This document shows, one piece after another, positions 27,096 to 39,996 of a DNA stretch of 64,000 nt (position 1 is its first letter; every line of letters begins with the position of its first letter). The DNA comes from Vicugna vicugna (lineage: Eukaryota): NCBI GenBank assembly GCA_013265495.1, contig MU058285.1, positions 124,001 to 188,000 on the forward strand, written 5' to 3'. The notes under the pieces were generated by a model that saw only the letters and a program-made list of their open reading frames with translations, did not search any database and had not been told where the DNA came from. A program made the position numbers and the translations under genes.

Positions 27096-27727
27096 CTAAG
27101 TCATATTTCATTTGTTACTGGCTGTGCAGTGAACTCTCCCCTCACCATGGATGTATGTGATACTCTTTTTCTGAGGAAATAACTGAAAAGCTTGCTAATG
27201 GCAACTCTCTGAAGAAAGTATGCTCTAATGGAGGATGAAGCGCAGTATCAGAACCAGAGCATCAACTGTCTATCCTCTGCAGATTAAACACTTTTTATCT
27301 CTGGAATCTTAATTGCCCTCTTGGCTGGGTCCTGCAATTGGAATCTTCCCAAAGTGAAAGGTACATTAGTAGACTTTTACTCACTTTCTGGAATGAAATG
27401 GAAGAGTCTGTATCTATTCACACCAGAAAAAAAAAATGTTCTCTTTAAGTTGACACATCTTAATACTTCCAAATAGGGCAGACTTAATACTGCACAGCTG
27501 AAAACATTGCCAAAGAAGTTGTACGGCTTACAGACATCCATTTATTGTCATGGCTCACCCAAGCACCCACCTTTTTTAGGAATACAGTGCAAATAATTTG
27601 CAGCAAATATAAAAGTGTGAATCTAAAGGTGAACATTTTACCCAAGTTTTTGATGCCATCAAGATAATGGAATTTGGAGAGAAGCTCAAAAGCCAGACTC
27701 TTAATCTGTATCAGAAAAACCCTGTTC

Positions 27728-28175
27728 AAAGGGTTGCATTGGATCTGTTGATTGCTTTGGGTTTTATGGCCATTTTGATAATGTTGAGTCTTCCAATCCA
27801 AGAGCATAAGATATCTTTCCATTTCTTTGTATCATCTTCAATTTCCTTCATCAATGTTTTACAGTTTTCAGAACATAGGGAACCTCCTTGGTTAAGTTTA
27901 CTTCTAGGTATTTTGTTGTTTTTCATGCAATGGAAATGTTTATGCCAGTTATAAAATTCTGGATTTTGAAGTGAAAAAAAAAAGTGAATGAAGGGCCACA
28001 AATGGCAAAATATCCTCCTTTATTATGGGTGAGTTGTATTCCATTACATATATGTGCTGCGTCTTCTTTATCCATTCATCTGTTGTGTACCCAGGATGCT
28101 TCCATGTCTTGTCAATTGTAAATGATACTGCTGTTAATAGCGGGGTGTATGTATCTTTTTGAATTAATTCCCATT
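27728..28175 (-). mobile_element. Two L1 ORF2 fragments in non-colinear order
   Basis: 27728-27935 encodes '[35 protein letters not shown]'; 27995-28175 encodes the ORF2 C-terminus 'TIDKTWKHP..DEWIKK..IYVMEY'. Confidence 0.85.
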
Positions 28176-29279
28176 TTGTGGTTGGCTTTATTCCTTTGAT
28201 AACTATGTAAGGTATAAAAGCTAAAGCTCTAAACGTTCTCAGAAACAGTGAACAGCACATATATGTAAATTTAAAAATACATGCAGTATATTGTTTATAT
28301 GTATTTACATGCAATATATTGTAATGCGTAGCCACATTGTAACATTCTACCTAATAAAACTGAAAAATAAAAACACTGTTCAATTTGGAGTTTAATAAAT
28401 GGATACGAACAATGATTGGGGAAAAAAGGCTTTAGCAAGAGTTCCTTTTTCTTCAGTTCATGAGAATGTGAGCTTTAGCAGGAAGTTCATTCATACTGTG
28501 CTTGCCATGACCAGGCACCCTGATTGCCTGTACACACAGCTGGAGTGGTTCACGTTTAAGTACATCATTCCTGCCCACTAAACGGTTATGTACAAAACCC
28601 GAATAGAACTAAACAACATTGCTTATTCACTCATTCATTTAAATAAGGTTTTTTCTTGATTATCTCATGTAGTGCTATGCGATGCTCTATTAGGGATTTT
28701 TTGAAATTATATCCAGGGCTTCTCTTCTGTTTATAATCTATAATAAGGGGTAAACATGACTGCATAATATGTTTCTCAAATAGCAGAAGATAATGTTTCA
28801 CTTTCAGCTGCCTGACTTTCCTATGAGAAGGAGAAGGACTGTTGCCAGAGAAGCCAACGAAATACAGGTACATCCTTTCCCAAGAGCCTTCAGGGAATTG
28901 ATGAAGCGTGTGATTTCTTTTAAATCAGGAGAGAGGTAGTTTGAAAATGATTTATTTGTGCATGAGAGGGAATCCCACAGTCATTCATCACAACAGCTGT
29001 CTCATATCCCTTCAAAAGTCTTCCATACTCACCTGTCACAGGGTAGCCCAGCTGAGGCCCAGGCCGCCCCAGGACCATGCCTCCACCAGTGCAGCCAGAC
29101 GTGGCTGGACAGAAACTAACAGACACACTGATTGTTTTCCTTTAAATTCACCTTTGTGCTTCCCAACAGAGGCTGTATCTCCCTTAAATCTCCTCCTTTC
29201 TGACTTTTTCATATCTTTTTCTCTCCGCTCCAGCTTTCTCCCTTCATACTTTCAAGTGAAATTAAAAAAAAAAACTTGC

Positions 29280-29754
29280 AAGTATTTCAATGAACTCTTT
29301 TTACCTAACAAAGCTCCCCAAACCTAATGGCTTAAAACAAAAACAACAACAAAAATAATTTCTACTTCTCATAAGAGGTCAGGAACTTGGGCGGGACTTG
29401 GCCGGGCAGTTCTGCTCCACGTGAAGCAGCCAGGGCGATTCAGTTGGAAGCCATGCTGGCTGGATCTCCAAGTTGGCCTCTCAGCCTCCATGGTTCTGTG
29501 TGTGTCCCCTGAGCATTCAGTGTCCTGGGTTTCCTTAGAGCATGACAGTGGGTTCTACGAAGGAGGAAGCAGAAGACGCCAACTTCTTAAGGCTCAGGCT
29601 TGGAAATCCCAGAATGTCATTCCCACCTTATTCTATTGGTCAAAGCAAGGCACAAAGCTGGAAGGAAAATAAACTGAACTTGATGTGAGAGACTGCATGT
29701 GAATACAGCGTTGGGAGGAACTGTGGGTAGACATCATAAAAGCTATCTACCACA
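29280..29754 (-). mobile_element. MLT1 (MaLR) LTR
   Basis: 'taacaaagctccccaaacctaatggcttaaaacaa...ggtcaggaacttgggcggg...ttattctattggtcaaagcaag...tatctaccaca'. Confidence 0.8.
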
Positions 29755-29779
29755 ACTAATTAAATCTTAGCTACCATTC

Positions 29780-32280
29780 TCTACCACCACGTGCAGCCCT
29801 CACCAACATCTGCCCACATGTTCATACGCCCTCACGTGACTATTGCTGAACTGTCTCATACCTAGCAAAGGTCCACACCCTCCTCATTTACAGCGGAATC
29901 GACTTTTACCCACTCAAGGTCATTGTTTCAATCATTTTTCTTCTTTCCCCTGCATCATTGATATTTTTTCTTTTCTACTGTAATTCCTGTTGGCAAACAA
30001 ATGTAATTTTTTTCCTCTTAAAAAACAACCAAAGAAACCAAAATTTCTCTCTTGAGTCCATATATCCCTCTAAATATTATTCTTTTCTGTTCCCCTATAC
30101 AGAATGCCTCAAAAATTATTTACATGCACCGTCTGCACTTCCACTCAATTCGTCCTCCCTTGAGCCCACTGCACTCAGGTTTTGTCCCATTCATTCCACC
30201 AGAACAGCCCTTCACTCTATAACCGTATCTTCCATTCTTCCAAATGCAAAGTACAGTTCTCCATTCTCATCTCACTTGACCTATCAGGAGCATTGGGCTC
30301 AACTGATGCCTCCTTCTTGAAATATTTTTTTTTTCCTCTTGGCATCAAAGACATTACACTTTTTTGATTTTCTTCCCACTTCACTGGTGATTTTTTTTTT
30401 CAGTCTCCTTTGTTGATTTCTTCTCATTTCCTCAATCTCTGCTCCAAGGCTCAGTCTTTGGTTCTCTTCTCATCTTTATTTGCTCACATCTCAAGACTTT
30501 CACATCTTATTCTACATCTGTAGCTATATTCTGAAAGCTCCAATACTTATATCTCCAACCCAGACCTCTTTTCCAAACTGCAGATGATATCTAACGGCCC
30601 ACTGAAGCCTCTCCTTGGACATCTAATGAGAATCTCCAACTAACATGTGCAAAAGTGGACTGCTAATCATGTCCCCAAATGGTCATTCCCCCAGAATTCC
30701 CATCTTGGTAAATGACATCTCCATCCTTCCAGTTGCTCTGGCCAGAAACTTGGAGTCATCCTGGGAGCTTTCTTTTTCTCCAAATCCTCATTGAGTTTGT
30801 CCTCAAATCCTGTTGGCACTTCCTGTAAAACACATTCATAACTTGAATGTTCCTCACCACATTCTTCTCACCTAGATTTGTCTAAATAACACCCACTCTT
30901 GCTTCCTTAGGCTCTATTCTCACTACAGTAGGCAGGGGGAGCTTTTTAAATGTGATTCACATGATCCTACTCTTCCACTTTTTGTTTTTAAACATTTTTT
31001 ATTGATTTATAATCATTTTACAATGTTGTGTCAAATTCCAGTGTTCAGCACAATTTTTCAGTCATTCATGGACATATACACACTCATTGTCACATTTTTT
31101 TCTCTGTGAGTTATCATAACATTTTGTGTATATTTCCCTGTGCTATACAGTGTAATCTTGTTTATCTATTCTACAATTTTGAAATCCCAGTCTATCCCTT
31201 CCCACCCTCCACCCCCCTGGCAACTACAAGTCTGTATTCTCTGTCTGTGATTCTATTTCTGTCCTGTATTTATGCTTTGTTTTTGTTTGTTTGTTTTTGT
31301 TTTTGTTTTTGTTTTTTAGATTCCACATATGAGCGATCTCATATGGTATTTTTCTTTCTCTTTCTGGCTTACTTCACTTAGAATGACATTCTCCAGGAGC
31401 ATCCATGTTGCTGCAAATGGCATTATGTTGTCGGTTTTTATGGCTGAGTAGTATTCCATCGTATAAATATACCACATCTTCTTTATCCAGTCACCTGTTG
31501 ATGGACATTTAGGCTGTTTCCATGTTTTGGCTATTGTAAATAGTGCTGCTATGAACATTGGGGTGCAGGTGTCATCCTGAAGTAGATTTCCTTCTGGATA
31601 CAAGCCCAGGAGTGGGATTCCTGGGTCATATGGTAAGTCTATTCCTAGTCTTTTGAGGAATCTCCACACTGTTTTCCATAGTGGCTGCACCAAACTGCAT
31701 TCCCACCAGCAGTGTAGGAGGGTTCCCCTTTCTCCACAGCCTCTCCAGCATTTGTCATTTGTGGATTTTTGAATGACAGCCATTCTGACTGGTGTGAGGT
31801 GATACCTCATTGTAGTTCTGATTTGGATTTCTCTGATAATTAGTGATATTGAGCTTAAAACGCTTCAGTGACTTCCTGTTTCTCTCAGAATAAAGGCTTG
31901 TGTTTCACAGTGGCCTCCTGTGTCCTACAGTCTGTGCTGATACCATGTCATCTGTGCCTGTGATCTCATCTGCCACCACCCTGCCCATTACTCACTCACG
32001 TCAGCCACACTGAACACCCTTCTGTCCTCAGCCCACCAGGGGTGCTCTCATCACGGGGCCTCTGTACTTGCCCTCTGCCTGTAAAGCTCTTTCACCCTTG
32101 CCCCTCTGGACATAGCTTCGATTTCACTGGCCTACTTGCTTATTGCATGTCTTTCTCCATCACAATAGAAGCTCCACAAAGGCAGGGAATTTCGTCAGTT
32201 TTGTTTGTTTGGCTTTGTATCCCCAGCACCAGGAGGAGCACCAGCTATACAGCAGTCACTCCGTAAGTAGATGTTAGAAT
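29780..32280 (+). mobile_element. Long L2 remnant interrupted by a young L1
   Basis: 'atctccaacccagacctcttttcc', 'tccttggacatctaatgagaatctc', 'ccatccttccagttgctctggccagaaacttggagtcatcc'. Resumes after the L1 with 'cttaaaacgcttcagtgacttcc...ctcagaataaagg'. Confidence 0.8.
30981..31853 (-). mobile_element. Young 5'-truncated L1 with an uninterrupted ORF2 C-terminal segment
   Basis: ORF 31316-31810 encodes the L1 ORF2 Cys-rich C-terminus ([18 protein letters not shown]...TWKQPKCP), followed by 3' UTR and A tail. Very close to the copy at 38842-39665. Confidence 0.97.
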
Positions 32281-33964
32281 TGGTAAACTTCCATTTCCTT
32301 TTCTTGTTTGTTTCATTTGTTTTTAAACATAGTTAATTCTTTATGCCCTTGGACGTGTATTTTATTTTATAATGAAATGTGAGACCACCAACCAGTTCCT
32401 TCAATAACATCTTTGGATGAAGCTCAATTGTGCTGCTTCTTTTGGTCTCTATTTATAAGAATCTGTGTGCCCTTGCATTTGTCTCGTGATGCTTGGATTA
32501 ACACAGCTTTGTTAATGGGTTTTAATAAATCACAGTCACCTCCTCTCTTCTCAGTTCCCAATTTCTCTTTTTCCCTTGCTCACTCTTAAATCTCTGCCAA
32601 GCCATTTGCGTGCGCCATCTTGCTTAGCTGATTGATAGGAAGCAGGCTCTATTTTAGACAGTTTCCTCAGATCCCTTTCTATGTAATATTTCCCATTTAA
32701 ATTTTCTCTCAGCTTCTAGGATTTGACGATTTCTGGCATGCCACTAGGGACCGGTGTCTCCTTTACTTTCTTTGCCACCAATTCTCCCTGCCTTCCTGAA
32801 ATCGACCTTTATTTTATTGAACAGTTTCCAATTCTGTTGGATCTTCTGTCTTTGGGGTCCACCAGTGTTGCAGGTGAGACATTCTGCTGTGTGAGTGGAG
32901 CCATGCCCACCATCCCAGCCCCAGAAAGGAGCAATGTTACCAGTCTCTGGACATGCTTTTGAGGAATGGGAGCAAATCTGGTTCTTCCAGGTAAATTTTA
33001 ATTTTGTCATTTTTGCTTAAAATATTCATTGGGATTTTGTTAATATTCTGTCATTTTGTAAGTTGGGGAGAACTATAAACATCTTTTCAAATAAAAGCAT
33101 TTTATTTCTTATTCAAATGTTCTCATAAATGCTCTTCTAAAGTATAGTTTTCTTGAAATTGGTAACATGTTTCTCATTAAGGGTAAGATTGGGTATTTGC
33201 ATATTCACTGCTATTATGAATAAGCTTTTTTCATTGAGTTTATGGGTAATATATGAGATAGTATGTTCTGTATGTGGGGAGTTTTTTTCAGGGGAGTAAA
33301 ATTATTTGACATCTGGTATCTTTTCAAGTATTTCATTATAAGAGCATTTCAAACTAATTTTCAGGATTATAATGTATGTAATAATTTTGTCTCTATTTAT
33401 GCCTTGTTTATGTTGGATATATAACAGCTTCTTTATAACAGAGAATTACATAATAAAGAAGTCTGAATAACAAGGATGACATAGAATCTTGTTGAGGTTT
33501 CATAGAAATAGGAACCTTCATTTTAATGATCTGTACTTTAAGATTTCATAAGTTCTGTGTGTGTATCTGTCAGTTGGTCTAAATTGTAGGGCATACACAT
33601 ATCAGCCATGTCACTCCATCACTGCCTCTAACACAACATACTCTCCCTATAATTTAATGGAAATAGGACTTGGAATGATAACTAGATTTACACACAAGGG
33701 TTGAATTTTCTCCTATCACTGTAAAGACGTACACGTGGAAATCATCTGATGCGCAGCTTTTTCATGGAGCACATGGCTACTTGCACTAAGGGAGGGACGC
33801 CTTAAGAGGCTTTGAGGTAGCTCTGAAGAGGTGAGACTGACGTGAATATACTGCCCCCAAATTGAGAAGTTTTATACCCTCCTGAGACACTGAAAATGAA
33901 AGCAATAAATGCTGGTGGCAGAAAAAAATAACCAGTCTCACAGTTTCCTATCTTCTCTCTCTCA

Positions 33965-35250
33965 TTTTTAAATTAAAGTATAGTTGATTTACAATATTCT
34001 ATTAGTTTCAGGTGTACAGCATAGTGATTCGGTATTTTTGCAGATTATATTCCATTATAGGTTTTTACAAGAAAATGGCTATAATTCCCTGTGCTTGCAG
34101 TATATCCTTGTTGTTTATTTTATAGCTAGTAGTTTGTAATTGTTAATCCCACATCCCTGATTTGTCCCTGTCCCTTACCTCTCTTTTGGTAAACACAAGT
34201 TTGTTTTCTATACCTGCAAGTCTGTTTTGCATATACATTCATTTGTATTATTTTTTAGATTCCACGTGTAAGTGGTATCATACAATATTTGTCTTTCTCT
34301 GACTTATTTCACTAAGAACAATACCCTCTAGGTCCATCCACATTGCTGTAAATGACAGAATTGCATTATTTTTTATGACTGAGTAATGTTGCTTTATATG
34401 GACCACATTATCTTAATCCAGTTGTCTGTTCGTGGGTTGCTTCCACGTCTTGACCATTGTAAATAGTGCTGCCATGAACACAGGGATGCATATATCTTTT
34501 CAATACTGTTTTTATTTTTCTCATATGTCTACCCAGGAGTGGAATTTCTGGATCATGTGGGAGTTCTGTTTTTAGTTTTGTGAGGAACCTCCATATAGTT
34601 TTCCATAGTGCTGCATCAATTTATATTCCTACCAATAGCGTACAAGGGTTCCCTTTTCTCCACACCCTCTCCAACATTTATTATCTATAGACGTTTTGAA
34701 GATAGTCATTCTGACCAGTGTGAGGTGATACCTTATTGTGTTTTTGATTTGCATTCCTCTAATAATTAGCAATATTGAGCATCTTTTCATGTTCCTGTTA
34801 GCCATCTGTATGTCTCCTTTAGAGAAATGTCTATTTAGGTCTTCTGCTCACTTTTCAGTTGGGTTGTTTGTTTTCTTCTTGACATTGAGTTGTATGGGCT
34901 GTTTATTTGTTCTGAATATTAACTCCTTCTTGGACATGGTCATATCATTTAAAAATATTTCCTCCCATTCCATAGGTTGTCTTTCCATTTTATCAATAGT
35001 TTCCTTTGCTCTGCAAACACCTTTAAGTTTAATTAGTTCCCTTTGCTTATTTTTGTTTTTATTTATTTTGCCTTAGGAGACAGATCCCCCAAAATATTGG
35101 TGCAATTTATGTCAAAGAGTGGTCTGCCTATTGTCTTGTAGGAGTTTTATGGTGACGTGTCTTACATTTAGGTCTTTCAAATGTTTTGTGTTTATTTTTG
35201 TATATGGTGTGAGGGAATGTTCTGATCTCATTGTTTTACATGTGGCTGTC
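33965..35250 (-). mobile_element. Older L1 (3' UTR plus degenerate ORF2 end)
   Basis: Starts 'ttttaaattaaagtatagttgatttacaata...caggtgtacagcatagtgattc' and continues through 'agagaaatgtctatttaggtcttctgc' to 'tgttttacatgtggctgtcca'. Confidence 0.92.
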
Positions 35251-35267
35251 CATATACCTTTTCTCTT

Positions 35268-35960
35268 TAAAAAAATTTTTTTAATTGAAGTATGGTCAGT
35301 TACAATGTGTCAATTTCTGGTGTACAGCAAAATGTCCCAGTCATGCACATATATCTATACATATATTCATTTTCATGTTCTTTTTCATTAAAAGTTATGA
35401 TAAGATATTGGATACAGATCCCTATGCTATACAGAAGAAATTTGTTTTTTATCTATTTTAATATATAGTGGTTAACATTTGCAAACTTCAAACTCCCAAA
35501 TTTATCCCTTCCCACTCCCTTTCCCCAGGTACCTATAAGATTGTTTACTATGTCTTCACATGAGTCTCTTTCTGTTTTGTAGATGAGTTCATTAATGTCT
35601 CCTCCTTCTTCTTCTTCTTTTTCTTCTTCTTCTTCTTCTCTTTTTTAGATTCCACATATGAGTGATATCATATGGTACTTTTCTTTCTCTTTCTGACTTA
35701 CTTCACTTAGAATGATGATCTCCAGGTCCATTCATGTTGCTGCAAGTGGCATTGTTTTATTCTTTTTACGGCTGAGTAGTATTCCATTGTATAAATATAC
35801 CACAGCTTCTTTATCCAGTCATCTGTTGATGGACATTTAGGTTGTTTCCATGTCTTGGCTATTGTATATAGTGCTGCTATGAGCATTGAGGTACATATAT
35901 CTTTTTGAATTAGGATTCCCTCTGAATATATGCCCAGGAATGAGATTGCTGGATCATATA
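35268..35960 (-). mobile_element. 5'-truncated L1 with an internal (TTC)n tract
   Basis: Probable TSD catataccttttctctt (35251-35267) versus cacatacattttctctt (35961-35977). L1 3' UTR and ORF2 end; TTC repeats at ~35606-35640. Confidence 0.9.
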
Positions 35961-38119
35961 CACATACATTTTCTCTTAACCTTTCCCTATTGGAGAAAGA
36001 TTGGTGCTGCCCAAGACAACCTCATAATCAGAAGATCTCAAATAAGGATGAGGCTACCTAAAAGCAAGCTCACCAGAACATTGGATTTTCTCATCAAATT
36101 GTTAGTATAATTCTAAGTATGGGGTTTGCCAGGTATGGGGAAAGAAATTTAAATAAAAATCCATTAGGATGCTTTTACAGGGAACATTCCTGGAGCGCAT
36201 GCATTCACACACACACACACATCTTGGTAATTCTGGTTTTGATAGACTAGGAAAATTGCATTCTTTAAACATGCAACACTTGATGATGGAGCCAGATGTC
36301 AAAAAGCATGTGGAGTTGGAGTTCAGTCTTAAGACTGAAGATTTGCCATGGAAAATCCAAATTCAGATCAAGGAATTTTTTTTCTCAGTAGAACTTAACA
36401 GCCTATTGTTTGTAGTCTATTGCAGAGACAAGATATCCTCTATGCTGTGAAAATAGTCATCAATTGATCTGAAAGTCAGATTGATTATAAAACCTATTTC
36501 TTCCTCATTACTACGAATTAACAATAATCAATTGACTGGAGTAACATCACACACCGAGGCTGAAACCGTTGTTAGTTTTACTTTAGATTCTCTAGTGCTA
36601 TAAAAGTGTTTCACTTTACATCTCTGAGTACAACTTTGGTTTGGGGAAAACATGGAGGCTTATAAGTGTTGTATGTAAAGGAAAGAGCTCATTAATAAAC
36701 ACATTTCATTTTAGCATTTTAAGGAAAGCTATCCAAAAATTACAGCATGATGATAAGCTGACACATTGTTTTGTCTAAATAAATCCATGTGTTGGAACGC
36801 CGATTGTAGGACATCTTCCAAAGCTACAGACCTTTACTGTGGCCCTGTTGCGTGCATGTACACTGCTGAGCCAGCATGCTATGCTGCCTTGACTCAAAGA
36901 GCAGTCCCTATCCAGGCATTAAGTCACTATACCGGACATGCACCACTGGAACGCTGTGACCTACATACGGTATATGTGGTTTACATTTTCAGTAACTGGG
37001 AGGCAATTTAATTGTCTGACTCAATTACAGTAAGCGAGAGCCAGCCTGCCAACTCTTCAGTCACCTCCCTGAAAACGAACCCCTCGAAGTCAGGCCAGAT
37101 TCTCGAAGGAGAAGCTGGGTCAGCAAAGCTGCTGCTGAAGTATGTGTGTTCCAGTCTGTGTCTTGAGAAAGCTGCTGGTTTCCCTTGATCCTTTATTTCC
37201 AGCTCTGGCTCTCTGAAACTGGTCTAACTCTAGGATCCACAGTCCAATTGAGTTTGACTCTCGCAAAATGGAGATCCTATTTTGGGCAACCATTTCTTCG
37301 AGTAAAGCCAAAAGCAATATTGCCCAGTAGAAGGAAACATAATAAAGCTGGGTTTTGATTAAGTAGGAAAGTGCACGTTTTCTGAGCAGCACTGATACGC
37401 TTGGAATTCTGTGTTGGTCCTAATCTCCGCTGGAAAGGGGTAGCCTGGGCTCCTGGGGTTAGACTACTTCGTGTTCGCAGTGGTCAGCTCTCTGAAGATT
37501 GGTTTGTCAAGGGACTCTTCCTCTGATCTGCCAAAACTGGCTTCGGACCAGAAGGTGCAGAGTGTGCTTAGCCAGAGAACTGCCACTTAGCGAGGAACAG
37601 CCCAAGTGTCCACGGAGAACCAGCTGGTCTAACTCACAGCTCATCATGGAGCAAAGGGAATCTGTTCATGTCCCTTTCTTGGAATTGCCAAGCAGTAGGC
37701 ATTAAATTTGATGTCTTCCGCTCTTCAGCAACTGTGTTAAAAGATAAAGGAAATAATTCTTGGGTGTGATGATGAAGCCTGACACCTACTAGGAGAAGTC
37801 CTAAAGAAATGCAGATAAAATTCTAGTAAGAAAAGCAAAATCAGAGAGTAGATTGTTTTTTTTTTTTAATCCTTCGGCTCTGAAAACAAATAATTCTGCG
37901 GTATTTATAATAACTGTGAAAATCCCCACAACTTGATAATAAGGAGGTGGGTCATGTACGCTTCTTAAAAGTACTAATAATTATGATGGAGACCTGATCC
38001 TCTTTCTCCCACGTGCTGAGTTTATACAGCAAAGGGAGGGCCCAGAGTGGGGCAGACAAGGAGGCCACGAGAGAACAAACTGACTGGAGGCCAATGCTTT
38101 TCTGTTTTCACTTTTAAAT

Positions 38120-38277
38120 TTAATTGATTTTTAATTGGGATAAAAGACACATAGAATTGACCATCTTAACTGTTTTTAAGTGTACAGTTCAGTAATATTA
38201 CGTACATTCACACTGTTGTGCAACCAAGCTCCAGAACTCTTTTCATCTTGAAAAATTGAAACTCTGTACTCATTAGA
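38120..38277 (-). mobile_element. L1MB-like 3' end fragment
   Basis: 'ccatcttaactgtttttaagtgtacagttcagtaatattacgtacattcacactgttgtgcaacc...ccagaactcttttcatcttg...gaaactctgtactcatta'. Confidence 0.8.
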
Positions 38278-38841
38278 CCTTGCTATTTTGTTTTCAGATT
38301 GACGTTATAGCTTAGCTAGAAATTATCATCAGTGAATACAGAACAGAGAATTTTTTTTTAACCTAGTAAGATACCTATAGGTGCAGTAAAATGCCTTTTG
38401 CTACCAATAAGACCAAATTATTTGAAGAGGTTAATTTCTTATCAAAATATACAAGTATGTAAATATGCGAATATATAATGTATAATATGTTCTAATAATA
38501 TAATATATAACTGCTTAAAATATATAAGTACATGTACTTTCTGTTTTTATATTACTAATGTCTTTAGAATCACATGGCTATGTTTGAAGAACCAGTGAGC
38601 CAGGAGTTACCATAATTTAAGTTCCATGACATTACATCTATTTCAAATGACATAGAGAGGATATAATTAAATAATAAGCTTGTAAAGCAGATATACCATT
38701 ATCCAACACCACCAAGCGGTTCAAAGCTGTTCTACTTTATGAAACTATTAATCAAAGCCAGCTGGCTTTATCAGAGTCCTCACTTGCCTTTTTACAAGTA
38801 TATTTTTTCAATAATATCTCTGAATTTGTTAACAATTTATT

Positions 38842-39665
38842 TATTTTTTTTAACATTTTTTATTGATTTATAATCATTTTACAATGTTGTGTCAAATTCC
38901 AGTGTTCAGCACAATTTTTCAGTCATTCATGGACATATACACACTCATCGTCACATTTTTTTCTCTGTGAGTTATCATAACATTTTGTGTATATTTCCCT
39001 GTGCTATACAGTGTAATCTTGTTTATCTATTCTACAATTTTGAAATCCCAGTCTATCCCTTCCCACCCTCCACCCCCCTGGCAACCACAAGTCTGTATTC
39101 TCTGTCTGTGAGTCTATTTCTGTCCTGTATTTATGCTTTGTTTTTGTTTGCTTGTTTGGTTTTGTTTTTGTTTTTTAGATTCCACATATGAGTGATCTCA
39201 TATGGTATTTTTCTTTCTCTTTCTGGCTTACTTCACTTAGAATGACATTCTCCAGGAGCATCCATGTTGCTGCAAATGGCATTATGTTGTCGGTTTTTAT
39301 GGCTGAGTAGTATTCCATCATATAAATATACCACATCTTCTTTATCCAGTCACCTGTTGATGGACATTTAGGCTGTTTCCATGTTTTGGCTATTGTAAAT
39401 AGTGCTGCTATGAACATTGGGGTGCAGGTGTCACCTCACACCAGTCAGAATGGCCGTCATTCAAAAATCCACAAATGACAAATGCTGGAGAGGCTGTGGA
39501 GAAAGGGGAACCCTCCTACACTGCTGGTGGGAATGCAGTTTGGTGCAGCCACTGTGGAAAACAGTGTGGAGATTCCTCAAAAGACTAGGAATAGACTTAC
39601 CATATGACCCAGGAATCCCACTCCTGGGCTTGTATCCAGAAGGAAATCTACTTCAGGATGACACC
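38842..39665 (-). mobile_element. Young L1 with a 5' inversion (twin priming)
   Basis: Minus-strand body 38842-39433 and inverted (plus-strand) segment 39431-39665. TSD aacaatttatt at 38831-38841 and 39666-39676. Confidence 0.97.
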
Positions 39666-39774
39666 AACAATTTATTAATATTAGGAATTTGGGGGGGAAA
39701 TTTTATGCCTTGAAATCTATTCTTTAAATCAATGGGCCCACACAACTTGGGGGCAGAGAGGGGTAGGGAGTGGG

Positions 39775-39996
39775 GCAGTGGTTGAGTGTAGTGGCCCTGG
39801 CATCCGATGAACCTGGGGTTGGACCCAAGCTCTGCCATTTTGTAACCACTGGCCATACCTTTCCTCTTCTATTCCTCAGTCTCCTCATGTATAAAATGGG
39901 TGGATAAAAGATTAATGAAATAATGCACATAAAGCTCTCAGCATGGTGCATGGGATATAGGAAACAGTCAACATAAGTGACCAATTATTATTATTA
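39775..39996 (+). mobile_element. MIR SINE
   Basis: 'gcagtggttgagtg...acctggggttggacccaagctctgcca...cctcagtctcctcatgtataaaatggg...attaatgaaataatgcacataaagctctcagcatggtgc...ttattattatta'. Confidence 0.85.

Noticed and set aside
31316..31810. 164-aa ORF as a functional gene
   Set aside because: It is the C-terminal fragment of L1 ORF2 in a 5'-truncated copy without a promoter; it is open because the copy is young.
32713..32873. Exon candidate (ctctcAG ... CAG|GTGAGA)
   Set aside because: Sits in what looks like degraded antisense L1M sequence, is not frame-preserving and encodes nothing recognisable. Such site pairs are common by chance.
37277..37330. Pre-miRNA-like hairpin (tgggcaa...ttgccca)
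   Set aside because: Only ~7-10 bp pair and the interior is largely unpaired; no known mature miRNA recognised.
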